Shown one piece after another: positions 13,710 through 27,200 of a stretch of 64,000 nucleotides of DNA; the first letter of the stretch is position 1, and each line of letters begins with the position of its first letter. The stretch comes from Candidatus Multivoradales bacterium (GTDB taxonomy: Bacteria; Acidobacteriota; Thermoanaerobaculia; Multivoradales; JAHEKO01): assembly GCA_965223855.1 (NCBI GenBank), contig CBDCXM010000009.1, forward strand, positions 2,976,001-3,040,000. The letters are read 5' to 3'. The position numbers and the translations under genes are program-made. Below the pieces are notes generated by a model. It ran no database searches. It saw only the letters and a list, made by a program, of their open reading frames with translations, and was not told the origin of the DNA.

Positions 13710-14999
13710 ATGGTCGAATCCATCCGCAACCTCCCGTCCCGAATCGGTGAAGAAGTCGAGCTGCGTGGCTGGCTGGCGCAACAGCGCTCCAGCGGCAAGA
13801 TCGCGTTCCTTCAGATTCGCGACGGCAGCGGCCAGGTGCAGGCGGTCGCAAGCCGGGCCGACGTGTCCGACGAAGCGTGGGAGGAGATCGAGCGATCGAC
13901 TCAGGAATCGACCGTGTGGCTTCGCGGCACGGTGCAGGAGGACTCGCGGGCGCCGAGTGGGGTAGAGATCCACGCCTCCGACTTCCGCGTCGATCACCTG
14001 ACCGAGGACTACCCGATCACCCCCAAGGAGCACGGGGTCGCCTTCCTCATGGAACAGCGACACCTGTGGCTCCGCTCGAGCCGCCAGCACGCCGTCCTCA
14101 AGGTGCGGAGCGAGGTCGTGCAGGCGATCCGTGACTTCTTCTACGACCGTCACTTCACCCTCATCGACTCTCCGATCCTCACTCCGGCCGCCTGCGAGGG
14201 CACCTCCACCCTCTTCGAAACCGACTACTTCGGTGAGCCCGCCTATCTCTCACAGTCCGGCCAGCTCTATCTGGAGCCGGCTGCGGCCTCGCTGGGCAAG
14301 GTGTACTGCTTCGGCCCGACCTTTCGGGCGGAGAAGTCGAAGACTCGCCGCCATCTGATGGAATTCTGGATGGTGGAGCCGGAGGTCGCCTTCCTCGAGT
14401 TCCCCGGCCTGTGCGACCTCGCCCAGGAGTTCCTGCAGGTCCTGGTCGCGCGGATTCTCGATCGCTGCGGGTCGGAGCTGGACATTCTCGAGCGCGATCG
14501 GGCGCCCCTCGAACGGGTCGCCGAGGCGTTCCCCCGGATCACCTACACGGAGGCCGTCGACTGGCTCCGCGAGCAGGGCCAGGAGATCTCCTGGGGAGAC
14601 GACTTCGGCGCCGAACACGAGACTCTCCTCGGCGACCGCTACGGTCAACCGGTGATGGTCAGCCACTATCCGACGGCGATCAAGGCCTTCTACATGCAGC
14701 CGGACGGCGAGAATCCCGACGTCGTGCTCGGTCTCGACGTCATCGCGCCCGAGGGGTACGGAGAGATTATCGGCGGCAGCCAGAGGATCCACGACCACGA
14801 CCTGCTGCTCGCGCGGATCAAGGAGCACGATCTGCCGGTCGAGGCGTTCCAGTGGTACCTCGATGTGCGGCGATACGGCACGTTCCCGCACAGCGGCTTC
14901 GGCATGGGCCTCGAACGCTTCGTCGCCTGGATGTGCGGCGTGGGTCACCTGCGCGAGGCGATCCCATACCCGCGGATGCTCCACCGGATCTACCCCTGA
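13710..14999 (+). CDS. asnS: Asparagine-tRNA ligase
   Basis: ATG 13710 with SD; RHLWLRS, YLSQSGQLY, FRAEKSKTRRHLMEFWM, GEIIGGSQR, PHSGFGMGLER. Confidence 0.95.
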   Translation: MVESIRNLPSRIGEEVELRGWLAQQRSSGKIAFLQIRDGSGQVQAVASRADVSDEAWEEIERSTQESTVWLRGTVQEDSRAPSGVEIHASDFRVDHLTEDYPITPKEHGVAFLMEQRHLWLRSSRQHAVLKVRSEVVQAIRDFFYDRHFTLIDSPILTPAACEGTSTLFETDYFGEPAYLSQSGQLYLEPAAASLGKVYCFGPTFRAEKSKTRRHLMEFWMVEPEVAFLEFPGLCDLAQEFLQVLVARILDRCGSELDILERDRAPLERVAEAFPRITYTEAVDWLREQGQEISWGDDFGAEHETLLGDRYGQPVMVSHYPTAIKAFYMQPDGENPDVVLGLDVIAPEGYGEIIGGSQRIHDHDLLLARIKEHDLPVEAFQWYLDVRRYGTFPHSGFGMGLERFVAWMCGVGHLREAIPYPRMLHRIYP

Positions 15000-15009
15000 G
15001 CGTCACCCG

Positions 15010-15912
15010 ATGACGACCGCCGCAGGGCGCTCGGGAGCGGTCGCCACCACCTTGCAGCTTGCGCTGCTGATCGGCATCTGGGGCACCACCTATGCGGCCA
15101 TTCGGGTCGGCCTGGAGTCGATTCCGCCGTTCCTCGGGATCGCGGTCCGCTTCGCCGTCGCCTCGGCTCTGCTGTTCCTGGGATGCGCGGTGCTCGGCAT
15201 CCGATGGTGGCAGGACGGCACCCCGTGGGGTATGTGGACGTTCAACGCCGTGGCGCATTTCGTCGTCCCCTACGGCGTCGTCTACTGGTGTGAGCAGTGG
15301 ATTCCCTCGGGACTGGCCGCGGTCCTCTTCACGACTTTCCCACTCTTCGTTGCCGTGCTGGCGCACTGGCTCGTGCCGGGGGAACGCCTCAGGCCGCTGG
15401 CCGTGCTCGGCCTCGTTCTCGGCGCCATGGGCGTCGCCATCCTCTACGCCGACGATCTCACCGCCACGCTGGGTCCCGAGGGAAGGAGAGCGGCGTGGAT
15501 CTTCCTGCTGTCGCCGCTGACGGCGGCGCTCGGCGACGTCGTGATCAAACGCTGGTACTCGCAGATCCACCCGGTCTCCCTCACCGCACCCTCGCTCGCT
15601 CTGACGGCGATCACCTGCGGCGTCCTGTCGTTCGCTTTCGAATCTCCGCTCGAAGTCACCTGGACACCTACGGCCTGGGGAGTGACTCTCTACCTCGCGG
15701 TCTTCGGAACGGCTCTGGCCTTCGTTCTCTACTTCGGCCTCCTGTCCCGCGTCACGGTCACCAGCCTCTCCCTCATCACCTTCGGCATCCCGATCGTCGC
15801 GATGATGGTCGGGGCTGTCGTGCTCGACGAGTCGCTGACGCCGAGGCTGGCACTGGGAGCCGCCTTCATCCTCGCCGGGGTTTGGGCCGCACTGCGGCGT
15901 AGCGGTGGCTGA
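15010..15912 (+). CDS. EamA/DMT family transporter
   Basis: About 10 hydrophobic segments, IWGTTY..IR, IPSGLAAVL, two EamA repeats. Confidence 0.9.
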   Translation: MTTAAGRSGAVATTLQLALLIGIWGTTYAAIRVGLESIPPFLGIAVRFAVASALLFLGCAVLGIRWWQDGTPWGMWTFNAVAHFVVPYGVVYWCEQWIPSGLAAVLFTTFPLFVAVLAHWLVPGERLRPLAVLGLVLGAMGVAILYADDLTATLGPEGRRAAWIFLLSPLTAALGDVVIKRWYSQIHPVSLTAPSLALTAITCGVLSFAFESPLEVTWTPTAWGVTLYLAVFGTALAFVLYFGLLSRVTVTSLSLITFGIPIVAMMVGAVVLDESLTPRLALGAAFILAGVWAALRRSGG

Positions 15913-15914
15913 AC

Positions 15915-15951
15915 TGCCGCAATGCGTCGCGGTCTACGACGCATTGCGGCA
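15915..15951. repeat. Perfect 15-bp inverted repeat (terminator-like hairpin or operator)
   Basis: TGCCGCAATGCGTCG (15915-15929) and CGACGCATTGCGGCA (15937-15951), 7-nt spacer. Confidence 0.85.
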
Positions 15952-15972
15952 AAGAGCGTGACAGCGTAGAAT
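15944..15972 (+). promoter_or_regulatory. Putative sigma70 promoter for acyl-CoA dehydrogenase
   Basis: TTGCGG-17 nt-TAGAAT, followed by AAGGAG SD and ATG 15995. Confidence 0.55.
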
Positions 15973-15994
15973 AGACGGCGAAAGGAGCGCTGGC

Positions 15995-17917
15995 ATGACC
16001 ACCGAAACCGCTCAACCCCGTCGTCGCGAGATCAGCGAGAAAGAGTCCCGCGAGGTCGCCGAAGCTTCGAGGCAGACCCAATGGAACCATCCGAGCCTCC
16101 TGAGGGAGATGTTCCTCGGGCGCTTCCGGCTCGACCTGATGCATCCGTACCCGCTGGCCGGTGAGGACCGCCCGGAGTTCGCGGCGTTCTACGAGGCGTT
16201 TCGGGAGCTGATGGCCGGTGTCGACCCCGTCGCGATCGACGACACGGGGGAGTATCCCCCCGACCTCGTCGACGGCCTCCGCAAGCTCGGCGCCTTCGGG
16301 ATGAAGATCCCCAAGGAGTACGGTGGTCTCGGGTTCACCAACCGCGAGTACCAGAAGGTCATGCAGTACGTCGGTAGCATCGACGGCAACCTCAGCGCGC
16401 TCCTCTCGGCTCATCAGTCGATCGGCGTTCCTCAGCCTCTGAAGCTCTTCGGCAGCAAGGAGCTCAAGGAGAAGTATCTCCCTCGTTGCGCGCGCGGTGA
16501 GATCTCCGCCTTCGCTCTCACCGAGATGGACGTCGGCTCCGACCCGGCGCGTTTGGAGACGACCTGCCGACGCAACGAGGACGGCTCCTGGACCCTCGAC
16601 GGCGTCAAGCTGTGGTGCACCAACGGCACGATCGCCGAGCTGCTGGTGGTGATGGCGAAGGATCCCGACAGCGGCAAGATCAGTGCCTTCGTCGTCGAGA
16701 CCGGCTGGGAGGGAGTCAAGGTCGAGCGACGCTGCCACTTCATGGGTTTGCGAGCGCTGGCCAACGGCATCATCAGCTTCACCAACGTCCAGGTGCCGGA
16801 GGAGAACCTCATCGGCAAGGAGGGGCGCGGTCTCAAGATCGCCCTCACCACGCTCAACGACGGCCGTCTCTCGATTCCGAACGGCTCGGTCGGAACCGCG
16901 AAGATGTGCATCGAGATCTGCCGCAAGTGGGGCAGCGCGAGGGTGCAATGGGGCGTTCCGGTGGCCCGGCACGAAGCGATCTCCCACAAGATCGCCGACA
17001 TGACCGCCACCACCTTCGCGATGGAATCGATCACCGCACTGGCGACCTCGATGGCCGACCAGGGCAACGTCGACATCCGCCTCGAGGCCGCTGCCGCAAA
17101 GGAGTGGAACACCACCAACACCTGGCACATCATCGACGAGACGATGCAGGTGCGCGGCGGCCGCGGCTACGAGACCGAGATCTCGCTGCGAGACCGCGGG
17201 GAGGAGCCGATCGGCGTCGAGCGGATGATGCGCGACTACCGGATCAACACGATCTTCGAGGGCTCGAGCGAGATCATGCATCTGCTGATGGCGCGAGAGG
17301 CGGTGGACAAGCATCTCCAGGTGGCGGGAGCCCTGATCGATCCCGAAGCCGGCTTCGGGAAGAAACTGGGTGCTTTCGCGAAGAGTGGGCTCTTCTATCT
17401 CGGCTGGTACCCGACTCGCTGGCTCGGCTGGGGCCGTTGGCCTCGTTACGCCTCGTTCGGCCCGCTGGCGAAGCACCTCAGGTTCGTCGAGCGCAACACC
17501 CGCAAGCTGGCGCGCCAGGTCTTCCACGGCATGCTCGTCCATCAGGCGCGCATGGAGAGGAAGCAGGCGTTCCTGTTCCGGCTTGTCGACATCGCCAACG
17601 AGTTGTTCGCCATCGGCGCGAGTGTCGCGCGGGCGCAGGCAATGCGTGAAGCCGGTGACGAGAATGCCGACCGTGCCAGGGAGCTCGCCGACCTCGCCGC
17701 CCGCAACGGACGCCGGCGGGTCGCTCATCTGTTCCGCGACCTGTGGCGCAACGACGACGCGATCAAGTACCGCCAGGGTGTGCGCGTGGCCGACGGGCAT
17801 CACGCATGGCTCGAGGACGGTGCGATCGGGCTCCCCGAATGGCCGGCCGCCGAGGCCGTTTCGAAGACGCCTGAATCAGAAGAGCGCGAGGAAGTCGCGG
17901 TTCCGGCTGCCGTCTGA
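15995..17917 (+). CDS. Acyl-CoA dehydrogenase (long, VLCAD/ACAD9-like)
   Basis: AFALTE..VGSD, GVKLWCTNG, RVQWG, GGRGY, RDYRINTIFEGSSEI, C-terminal extension. Confidence 0.92.
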   Translation: MTTETAQPRRREISEKESREVAEASRQTQWNHPSLLREMFLGRFRLDLMHPYPLAGEDRPEFAAFYEAFRELMAGVDPVAIDDTGEYPPDLVDGLRKLGAFGMKIPKEYGGLGFTNREYQKVMQYVGSIDGNLSALLSAHQSIGVPQPLKLFGSKELKEKYLPRCARGEISAFALTEMDVGSDPARLETTCRRNEDGSWTLDGVKLWCTNGTIAELLVVMAKDPDSGKISAFVVETGWEGVKVERRCHFMGLRALANGIISFTNVQVPEENLIGKEGRGLKIALTTLNDGRLSIPNGSVGTAKMCIEICRKWGSARVQWGVPVARHEAISHKIADMTATTFAMESITALATSMADQGNVDIRLEAAAAKEWNTTNTWHIIDETMQVRGGRGYETEISLRDRGEEPIGVERMMRDYRINTIFEGSSEIMHLLMAREAVDKHLQVAGALIDPEAGFGKKLGAFAKSGLFYLGWYPTRWLGWGRWPRYASFGPLAKHLRFVERNTRKLARQVFHGMLVHQARMERKQAFLFRLVDIANELFAIGASVARAQAMREAGDENADRARELADLAARNGRRRVAHLFRDLWRNDDAIKYRQGVRVADGHHAWLEDGAIGLPEWPAAEAVSKTPESEEREEVAVPAAV

Positions 17918-17968
17918 GCGCACGCCGCACGACGGGTAGCACCACGGGTTCACGCTAGACTGGCTTCG

Positions 17969-19336
17969 ATGAGTGACGGTTCGGCCGACCGCAGGGTCGG
18001 CATGGTGAGTCTCGGCTGCGCGAAGAACCTGGTCGACAGCGAGATCATGCTCGGCAGGCTCCGCGACGGCGGCTTCGAGATCGTCGAGGACGTCGAAGGG
18101 GCGGGCACCGTAGTCGTCAACACGTGCGGCTTCGTCGAGGAGGCCAGGGAGGAATCGATCGACGCCATCCTGGACGTCGCCGCACGCAAGGGGAAGGGGG
18201 TGGATCGCCTCCTCGTCGCCGGCTGCATGGTGAACCGTTACGGGGAGGAGCTCGCTCGCGAGATCCCGGAGATCGACGGATTCGTCGGCCTCGACGATCT
18301 GGATCGTGTTGCGGATGTCGTCGCGATCGGTTCCGACACGCCGGTCACCGGCCCCTCGCAGCGAACCTTCGACCATACGGAGCCACGCGTGCTCACCACG
18401 CCCGGCTACGCCTACCTCAAGGTCGCGGAGGGGTGCAACAACCCCTGTACGTTCTGCGCGATCCCGATCTGGCGCGGCGAGCTGCGGAGCCGCACGCCGG
18501 ACAGTCTGGTGGAGGAGGCGCGTCGACTCGAGGGTAGCGGAGTCCGGGAGCTGGTCCTGGTGGCGCAGGACACGACCCGCTACGGCGAGGATCTCGGTCT
18601 CGGCCGCGAGGGCCTCGTCCATCTCGTAGAGGCACTGCTCGAGAGGACGACGATCCCGTGGATCCGCTTCCTCTACGCCTACCCGACGACGCTCGGTCAC
18701 GAGATTCTCGCTCTGATGGGTAGGGAAGAGCGCTTTGTCTCCTACCTCGACATGCCGCTTCAGCACTCTCATCCGGAGATGCTCGCGGCGATGAAGCGTG
18801 GGGGTCGCGCCCACACCTACCTCGAGCAGCTGGCCGAGGCACGCGAGCGAGTCCCCGACATCGCCCTGCGGTCGACGTTCATCGTCGGGTTCCCTGGAGA
18901 GTCCGAGGAGCATTTCGAGCACCTGCTTTCCTTCGTCGAGGCCGCCAGGTTCGATCACCTCGGCGCGTTCGTCTACAGCCCCGAGGAACAGACGCCGGCG
19001 GCGGACCTCGGATCGCGGGTACCGCGGCAGACCGCGCTGCTCCGGCAGCAGCGCCTTCTCGAAGTGCAGCGGCCGATCGCCCTCGCGAGCCGCGAAAGGC
19101 TCGTAGGTACCACGGTCGAAGCGCTCCTCGAGGGGGTCTGCTCCGAGACCGAGCACCTCCTCGAGGCGCGGCACCGCGGGATGGCGCCGGGCATCGACGG
19201 CCGTCTGCTGATCAACGACGGAACCGCGCCCCCCGGCAGCCTGATCGACGTCGAGATCACCGACGCCTTCGCCGACGACCTGGTGGGCAGGATCGTTGCC
19301 GGTCGAGGCCCCGGTGTCGTCCCCGCCGGCCTCTGA
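17969..19336 (+). CDS. rimO: Ribosomal protein S12 methylthiotransferase RimO
   Basis: SLGCAKNLVDSE, NTCGF, CNNPCTFC radical SAM motif, FIVGFPGE, C-terminal TRAM with APGIDG. Confidence 0.95.
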   Translation: MSDGSADRRVGMVSLGCAKNLVDSEIMLGRLRDGGFEIVEDVEGAGTVVVNTCGFVEEAREESIDAILDVAARKGKGVDRLLVAGCMVNRYGEELAREIPEIDGFVGLDDLDRVADVVAIGSDTPVTGPSQRTFDHTEPRVLTTPGYAYLKVAEGCNNPCTFCAIPIWRGELRSRTPDSLVEEARRLEGSGVRELVLVAQDTTRYGEDLGLGREGLVHLVEALLERTTIPWIRFLYAYPTTLGHEILALMGREERFVSYLDMPLQHSHPEMLAAMKRGGRAHTYLEQLAEARERVPDIALRSTFIVGFPGESEEHFEHLLSFVEAARFDHLGAFVYSPEEQTPAADLGSRVPRQTALLRQQRLLEVQRPIALASRERLVGTTVEALLEGVCSETEHLLEARHRGMAPGIDGRLLINDGTAPPGSLIDVEITDAFADDLVGRIVAGRGPGVVPAGL

Positions 19337-19349
19337 GAGTGCTCCCGCC

Positions 19350-20363
19350 GTGAAGATCTTCGAGACGAACTGGGCGGACGCCCTCACCTCGCCGCTGCCC
19401 GTGCCGGGAGGAGCCGTCGCCTCCATCGGGAACTACGACGGAGTCCACCGCGGTCAGCGCGAGATTCTCGCCGGAGTCGTCCGGGAAGCGTGGCGGAACG
19501 AGGCCGCCTCGGTGCTGATCACGTTCGAGCCCCACCCGTTGACGGTGCTCGACCCACCGCGGGCGCCGCTGCGCCTCCTCAGCCCGGAGCAGAAGCGCCG
19601 TCTGGTGGCGGCTGTCGGCATCTCTCACTACGTGGAGCTGCAGTTCGATGCCGCGTTTGCCGAGGTCACGGCGGAGACCTTCCTTCGGGAGTTCCTCGTC
19701 GAGCGGCTGGAAGTCCGGGAAGTCAGAGTCGGGAGCCGCTTCGGTTTCGGGAGGGGAAAGCGGGGCGATCTCGCACTGCTCAGCTCCCTCGGAGAAGAGC
19801 TCGGCTATCGCGCAGTGGGAGTCTCCGAGCTGCTCGACGACGGCATGCCCGTTTCGAGTTCGCGGATTCGGACGGCCGTCGCCGAGGGGAGGGTGGACCT
19901 CGCGACGAGGTTCCTGGGCAGACCGTTCGCCCTCCAAGGTACAATTGTCGAGGGGCAGCGGCAGGGTCGCGGACTCGGCTGGCCGACCATCAACCTCAAG
20001 CCGGTGCAGAGCGCGATTCCAGCCAGGGGCGTCTACGTGAGTGAGGTTCGCTTCGAAGGGGACCGCGACTGGTTGCCGGCGGTGGCGAATGTCGGCGTGA
20101 GACCGACCCTCACCGAAGGAGTGGCCGAGGTCGTCGAGGCACACATCCTCGACTTCTCGGCCGACGTATATGGAAAGACGGCGGAGCTCGCCTTCCTGTC
20201 CCGGCTTCGCCCCGAAAGAGGTTTTGACAGCGCCGAAGCCCTCAAGCAGCAGATCGCCGACGATGTCGAGTCGGCGCGCGCCTACTTCGACACAGCTCAT
20301 CCCGACCCCATCGACCAGGGCGACGCCGACAGAGGCGTCCCCGAGGAGATTCCAGACACATGA
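19350..20363 (+). CDS. ribF: Bifunctional riboflavin kinase/FAD synthetase
   Basis: GTG 19350; IGNYDGVHRGQ, TFEPHP, SSSRIR, GWPTIN, GVRPT, EAHILDF. Confidence 0.95.
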   Translation: MKIFETNWADALTSPLPVPGGAVASIGNYDGVHRGQREILAGVVREAWRNEAASVLITFEPHPLTVLDPPRAPLRLLSPEQKRRLVAAVGISHYVELQFDAAFAEVTAETFLREFLVERLEVREVRVGSRFGFGRGKRGDLALLSSLGEELGYRAVGVSELLDDGMPVSSSRIRTAVAEGRVDLATRFLGRPFALQGTIVEGQRQGRGLGWPTINLKPVQSAIPARGVYVSEVRFEGDRDWLPAVANVGVRPTLTEGVAEVVEAHILDFSADVYGKTAELAFLSRLRPERGFDSAEALKQQIADDVESARAYFDTAHPDPIDQGDADRGVPEEIPDT

Positions 20364-20692
20364 GTGACAACGAAAAGATCGTAGAACTGACCAACGACAA
20401 CTTCCAGAACGAGGTGCTCGACTCCGAGACGCCCGTGCTGGTCGACTTCTGGGCCGAGTGGTGCGGACCGTGCCGCATGGTGGCTCCGGTGCTCGACGAG
20501 ATCGCCAACGAGATGGACGGCCAGGTTCGTATCGCCAAGCTCAACGTCGACCACAACCAGGAACTGGCGATGAACTTCCAGGTGCAGAGCATTCCGACCT
20601 TCATCCTCTTCAAGGGAGGCGAGGTCGCCGACCGGATGATGGGAGCGATGCCGAAGGGCGCCTTCGAGCAGTTCCTCGGCCGCCACGTTTGA
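20360..20692 (+). CDS. trxA: Thioredoxin
   Basis: DFWAEWCGPC, SIPT; ATGA overlap with ribF. Confidence 0.97.
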   Translation: MSDNEKIVELTNDNFQNEVLDSETPVLVDFWAEWCGPCRMVAPVLDEIANEMDGQVRIAKLNVDHNQELAMNFQVQSIPTFILFKGGEVADRMMGAMPKGAFEQFLGRHV

Positions 20693-20750
20693 GCGCACCT
20701 TCCGGGCCGAGGGGTCTTCGGCAGATCGCTCGCTGAAGCCGCTCACGACC

Positions 20751-21980
20751 ATGACGTCACCGGCCCACGACAGGCTGCGGACGCTCCTCGAGGACGGGGG
20801 CTTCCGCGGCCTCGTCGTGCTTGCCGACAGCAGCCGCGACGTCGATGTCGCTCCGCTCGTCGCCTCCTGTCACGTCGGCCGCTGCGCGGTGGTCTTCCCG
20901 GTGAAAGGGGAGCCCCTGCTCGCTTTCCTGACCGACATGGAGCGCGAGGAGGCGGAGCGCAGCGGTCTCGAACCCCTCGGTCCCTCCGACCTGGGAGGCG
21001 ATCGGCTCCGTGCCCTGGAAGGGAGGCCTGGCCTGCTGTGGGAGGCCGTGCTCGAGCAGGGGTTCGCCGCTGCGGGAGACGAGGGAGGGGAGTGGGCCCT
21101 CGCCGGACATGCCGGCGCGGGTGGTGTGGCCGAAGCGGTACGGCGGCTGTCGGCATCCGGCAGGCGCTCCTTCGGCGACGGTGGAGAGCTTCTGCGCCGC
21201 TGGCGCAAGCGCAAGTCGGCTCGCGCCTCGCAGGCCTTCGAGCGCCCCTCGGAGGCGGTGCGAATCGCGTTTCGTGAGATCTCCTCCGTGTTGCGAGCTG
21301 CCGACTGGAGCGGGAGTGGCGGCCCCCTCGAGGTCGACGGAAGACCCCTGACTACCGGCGGCTTGCGTTCGCTGATCGCCCGGATCTTTGCCGCACACCG
21401 CCTCGAGCAGCCGCACGGCAACCTGCTGGCGCAGGGTGCCGAAGCCGGCGTCCCTCACAACGCCGGCGAGGACGACACCGGGCTGAGGGCAGGCGCTCCG
21501 ATCGTCGTGGACCTCTTCCCCCGCGGCGAGGTCTACGCCGACTGCACCCGGACCTTCTGCGTCGGTCAGCCGGCGGAGGTCTTCGTCGAGGCTCATGCGG
21601 CGGTGAGACGGGCTCTGGAAGCAGCCCACCGGGAATGCCGCATCGGCGCTCGCGGATGGGAGCTACAGGAGCAGACCTGTGCGCTGCTGGAGTCTGCCGG
21701 CTACCCGACGATCGCGACGTCGCCGGAGACCCGCCGGGGATACGTTCACGGTCTCGGTCACGGTGTGGGATACGAGCTCCACGAGTATCCGAGCTTCCGC
21801 GAGCGGGCAGGAGAAGTCGGGCGGATCGAGGAGGGAGACGTGCTGACGCTCGAACCCGGCCTTTACGACGCCGAGGCCGGCTACGGAGTGAGGCTCGAAG
21901 ACCTCTGCCGCGTGACGGCCGACGGACTCGACAACCTGACGGACCTGCCGTACGAGTACGATCCGAACGCCTGGCGCTGA
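20751..21980 (+). CDS. M24 family (Xaa-Pro) peptidase
   Basis: DLFP..YADCTRT, HGLGHGVG..HEYP, EPGLY, GVRLED metal ligands. Confidence 0.88.
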   Translation: MTSPAHDRLRTLLEDGGFRGLVVLADSSRDVDVAPLVASCHVGRCAVVFPVKGEPLLAFLTDMEREEAERSGLEPLGPSDLGGDRLRALEGRPGLLWEAVLEQGFAAAGDEGGEWALAGHAGAGGVAEAVRRLSASGRRSFGDGGELLRRWRKRKSARASQAFERPSEAVRIAFREISSVLRAADWSGSGGPLEVDGRPLTTGGLRSLIARIFAAHRLEQPHGNLLAQGAEAGVPHNAGEDDTGLRAGAPIVVDLFPRGEVYADCTRTFCVGQPAEVFVEAHAAVRRALEAAHRECRIGARGWELQEQTCALLESAGYPTIATSPETRRGYVHGLGHGVGYELHEYPSFRERAGEVGRIEEGDVLTLEPGLYDAEAGYGVRLEDLCRVTADGLDNLTDLPYEYDPNAWR

Positions 21981-22087
21981 GGAGGGAGCTCTGCCCGCCA
22001 CGGACCCGTGGCATACTCCTTCCACCATACGTTTTCATCGGCGGGCACCGCGAGCTTCGGTGTGCCGCACCTTTCGGGAGGGACGCC

Positions 22088-22483
22088 ATGCAGAAGGCCC
22101 TGGGACGTCACGCAGACACGCTCTATGCGGTACTCCGCATCTTCGCCGGCTTCATGTTCGCCCAGCACGGGGCTCAGAAGATGTTCGGCGTACTCGGCCG
22201 CGAGGAGGCGGCGGAGCTGTTTTCGCGAGCGGGACTCGCCGGAGTGATCGAGCTCGTCGGCGGCGTACTCATCATGATCGGACTGTGCACCAGCTGGGCG
22301 GCCTTCCTCGCCAGTGGCACGATGGCCGTCGCCTACTTCCTGGTGCACTTCCCGCGCGGCTTCTGGACCGTGGAGAACGGCGGCGAACTGGCGGTGCTCT
22401 ACTGCTTCGTCTTCCTCTTCATGGCGGCCAAGGGGGACGGTCCGCTCAGTGTCGGAGGAGCGATGGGGAAGGGCAAGAGCTAG
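22088..22483 (+). CDS. DoxX family membrane protein
   Basis: ATG 22088 after GGAGG; HGAQK, ELVGG, GTMAVAYF, NGGELA. Confidence 0.9.
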   Translation: MQKALGRHADTLYAVLRIFAGFMFAQHGAQKMFGVLGREEAAELFSRAGLAGVIELVGGVLIMIGLCTSWAAFLASGTMAVAYFLVHFPRGFWTVENGGELAVLYCFVFLFMAAKGDGPLSVGGAMGKGKS

Positions 22484-22799
22484 CCCTACTGGGGGGATCC
22501 ACCTACGGTCCTCGGCTATAGCTCCACGAGCGGCAGGTCGATGATGGAACCCCGGAGGTGCTGACGGACGAATCGGTGCTGGGGGAGAAGGACCGCCGCC
22601 GAAACCGCGCACGCCTGATGGCGGTCGAGCTACCCGTCGGCGTATCCTCCAGGCCTCGCCACGGGACACTTCATCGGCGCCGCAAGGACGCAACTCCTCA
22701 CGGACGATGGCAAGCCTGAGCCGACGCCCTACCCGGTAGCCCTTCGCGACCGCTTCCCGCCCCCCTGCGACGGTCCTGCCGGAGGAAGCGGGACGGCCT

Positions 22800-24268
22800 C
22801 TACCGCTCCACCCAGTAGTTGGGCGCTTCCTTGGTGATGGTCACGTCGTGCGCGTGGCTCTCCTTGAGCCCGGCGCTGGTGATCTTGAGGAACCTCACCT
22901 GCGTCCGAAGCTCCTCGATCGTGCCGCAGCCAGCCAGCCCCATCCCGGAGCGCAGCCCCCCCGTGAGCTGCTGAAGCACCTGGTGAACGCTGCCCTTGTA
23001 GGGCACCATCCCCTCGATCCCCTCGGGCACCAGCTTCGAGAGCTCTCCCTCGTCGGCCTGGAAGTAGCGGTCGGCGCTCCCCTGTGCCATGGCGGACAGT
23101 GAGCCCATACCGCGATAGGCCTTGAACGTGCGTCCCTGGTAGAGAATGGTCTCACCCGGGCTCTCCTCCGTACCGGCGAAGAGCGAGCCGATCATCACCG
23201 TGTTCGCACCGGCGGCGATCGCCTTGGTGACGTCGCCCGAGAACTTCACTCCGCCGTCCGCAATGACGGGTACACCCCGCTCTGCCGCGACTTCGACCGC
23301 ATCCATCACCGCCGTAACCTGCGGCACGCCGGCCCCGGTGACGATCCGGGTGGTGCAGATCGATCCGGGGCCGATCCCGACCTTCACCGCATCGACACCA
23401 CGTTCGAGCAGTGCGAGCGCCCCCTCTCGCGTCGCGATGTTGCCGGCGATCAGCTGAGTGTCCGGGAACCGCTCCCTCAGCACTTCGACGGCGTCGAGGA
23501 CACCGCGGCTGTGAGCGTGAGACGAGTCGACCGCCAGCAGATCCACCCCCGCCGAGACCAGCGCACCTGCCCGCTCGAGGAAGCGGCCCGAGGCGCCGAC
23601 GGCCGCGCCGACTCTCAGCCGTCCGAGGTCGTCCTTGCACGCGTGGGGGAACTGGATCTTCTTCTGAATGTCCTTGACCGTGATCAACCCCTTGAGGTTG
23701 CCGTCGGCGTCGACGACCAGCAGCTTCTCGATGCGGTGCCGGTGGAGGAGCGCTTTTGCCTCGTCGAGGGTGGTCCCCTCCGGCACGGTGACGAGGTCGT
23801 CCTTCGTCATGAGCTCGGAGATCCTCTTCTCGGGATCGTCCTCGAAGCGCAGATCACGGTTGGTGAGGATGCCGACGAGGCGTCCCTCGTCGTCGGTCAC
23901 GGGCACGCCCGAGATCTTGTAGCGGGCCATCACCTCTAGCGCTTCGTGGATCCGCTGCTCCGGGCGCATGGTGACCGGATCGACGATCATCCCCGCCTCC
24001 GACCGCTTCACCTTGTCGACCTGGTCGGCCTGCGCGTCGATCGACAGATTCTTGTGCAGAATGCCGAGCCCTCCCGCCTGGGCGAGCGCGATCGCGAGCT
24101 GTGACTCGGTCACCGTGTCCATCGCCGCCGAGACGATCGGGATGTTGAGCGAGATGCCCCGGGTGAGGGAGGTCTCGAGAGCGACCTCCGCCGGGTGGAC
24201 CTCCGAGAGACCGGGTGGGATGAGAACGTCGTCGAAGGTCAGCGCTTCGCGGGGAGTCCGATCCTGGG

Positions 24269-24272
<4 letters not shown>
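22800..24272 (-). CDS. guaB: IMP dehydrogenase
   Basis: ATG 24272 overlapping secA stop; [18 protein letters not shown] pair, [24 protein letters not shown]. Confidence 0.97.
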
Positions 24273-26968
<2,696 letters not shown>

Positions 26969-27126
26969 GGCTAGAGTCCTCTGGGTTCAGTCCTGATAGG
27001 GATCGTTCGGGCTCACGCCTTGGGGGAGAGCGGGAGAGTCGGGTACCGGAAACCCGGTAGCGACTGCGTGGGGAGGATGGGGGTGCGGCCGGCCAGACGG
27101 GCTCGTCCCCGCCCCTTCACTGTAAC

Positions 27127-27152
27127 AAAAACACCGCCTCGATCGGCGGTGT
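27127..27152 (-). terminator. Rho-independent terminator after the M23 gene
   Basis: Minus strand: ACACCGCC-GATCGA-GGCGGTGT followed by TTTT. Confidence 0.65.
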
Positions 27153-27200
27153 CGAAGCTCGTCCGCAGAAGGCGGCGAGGAGCGGTTCTGCAGCCGGCTG

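Noticed and set aside
27013-27120. 35-codon GTG uORF upstream of secA as a SecM-like arrest peptide
   Set aside because: No signal peptide, no RAGP/RAPP-type motif, no SD, and its start overlaps a possible -10 (TACAGT)
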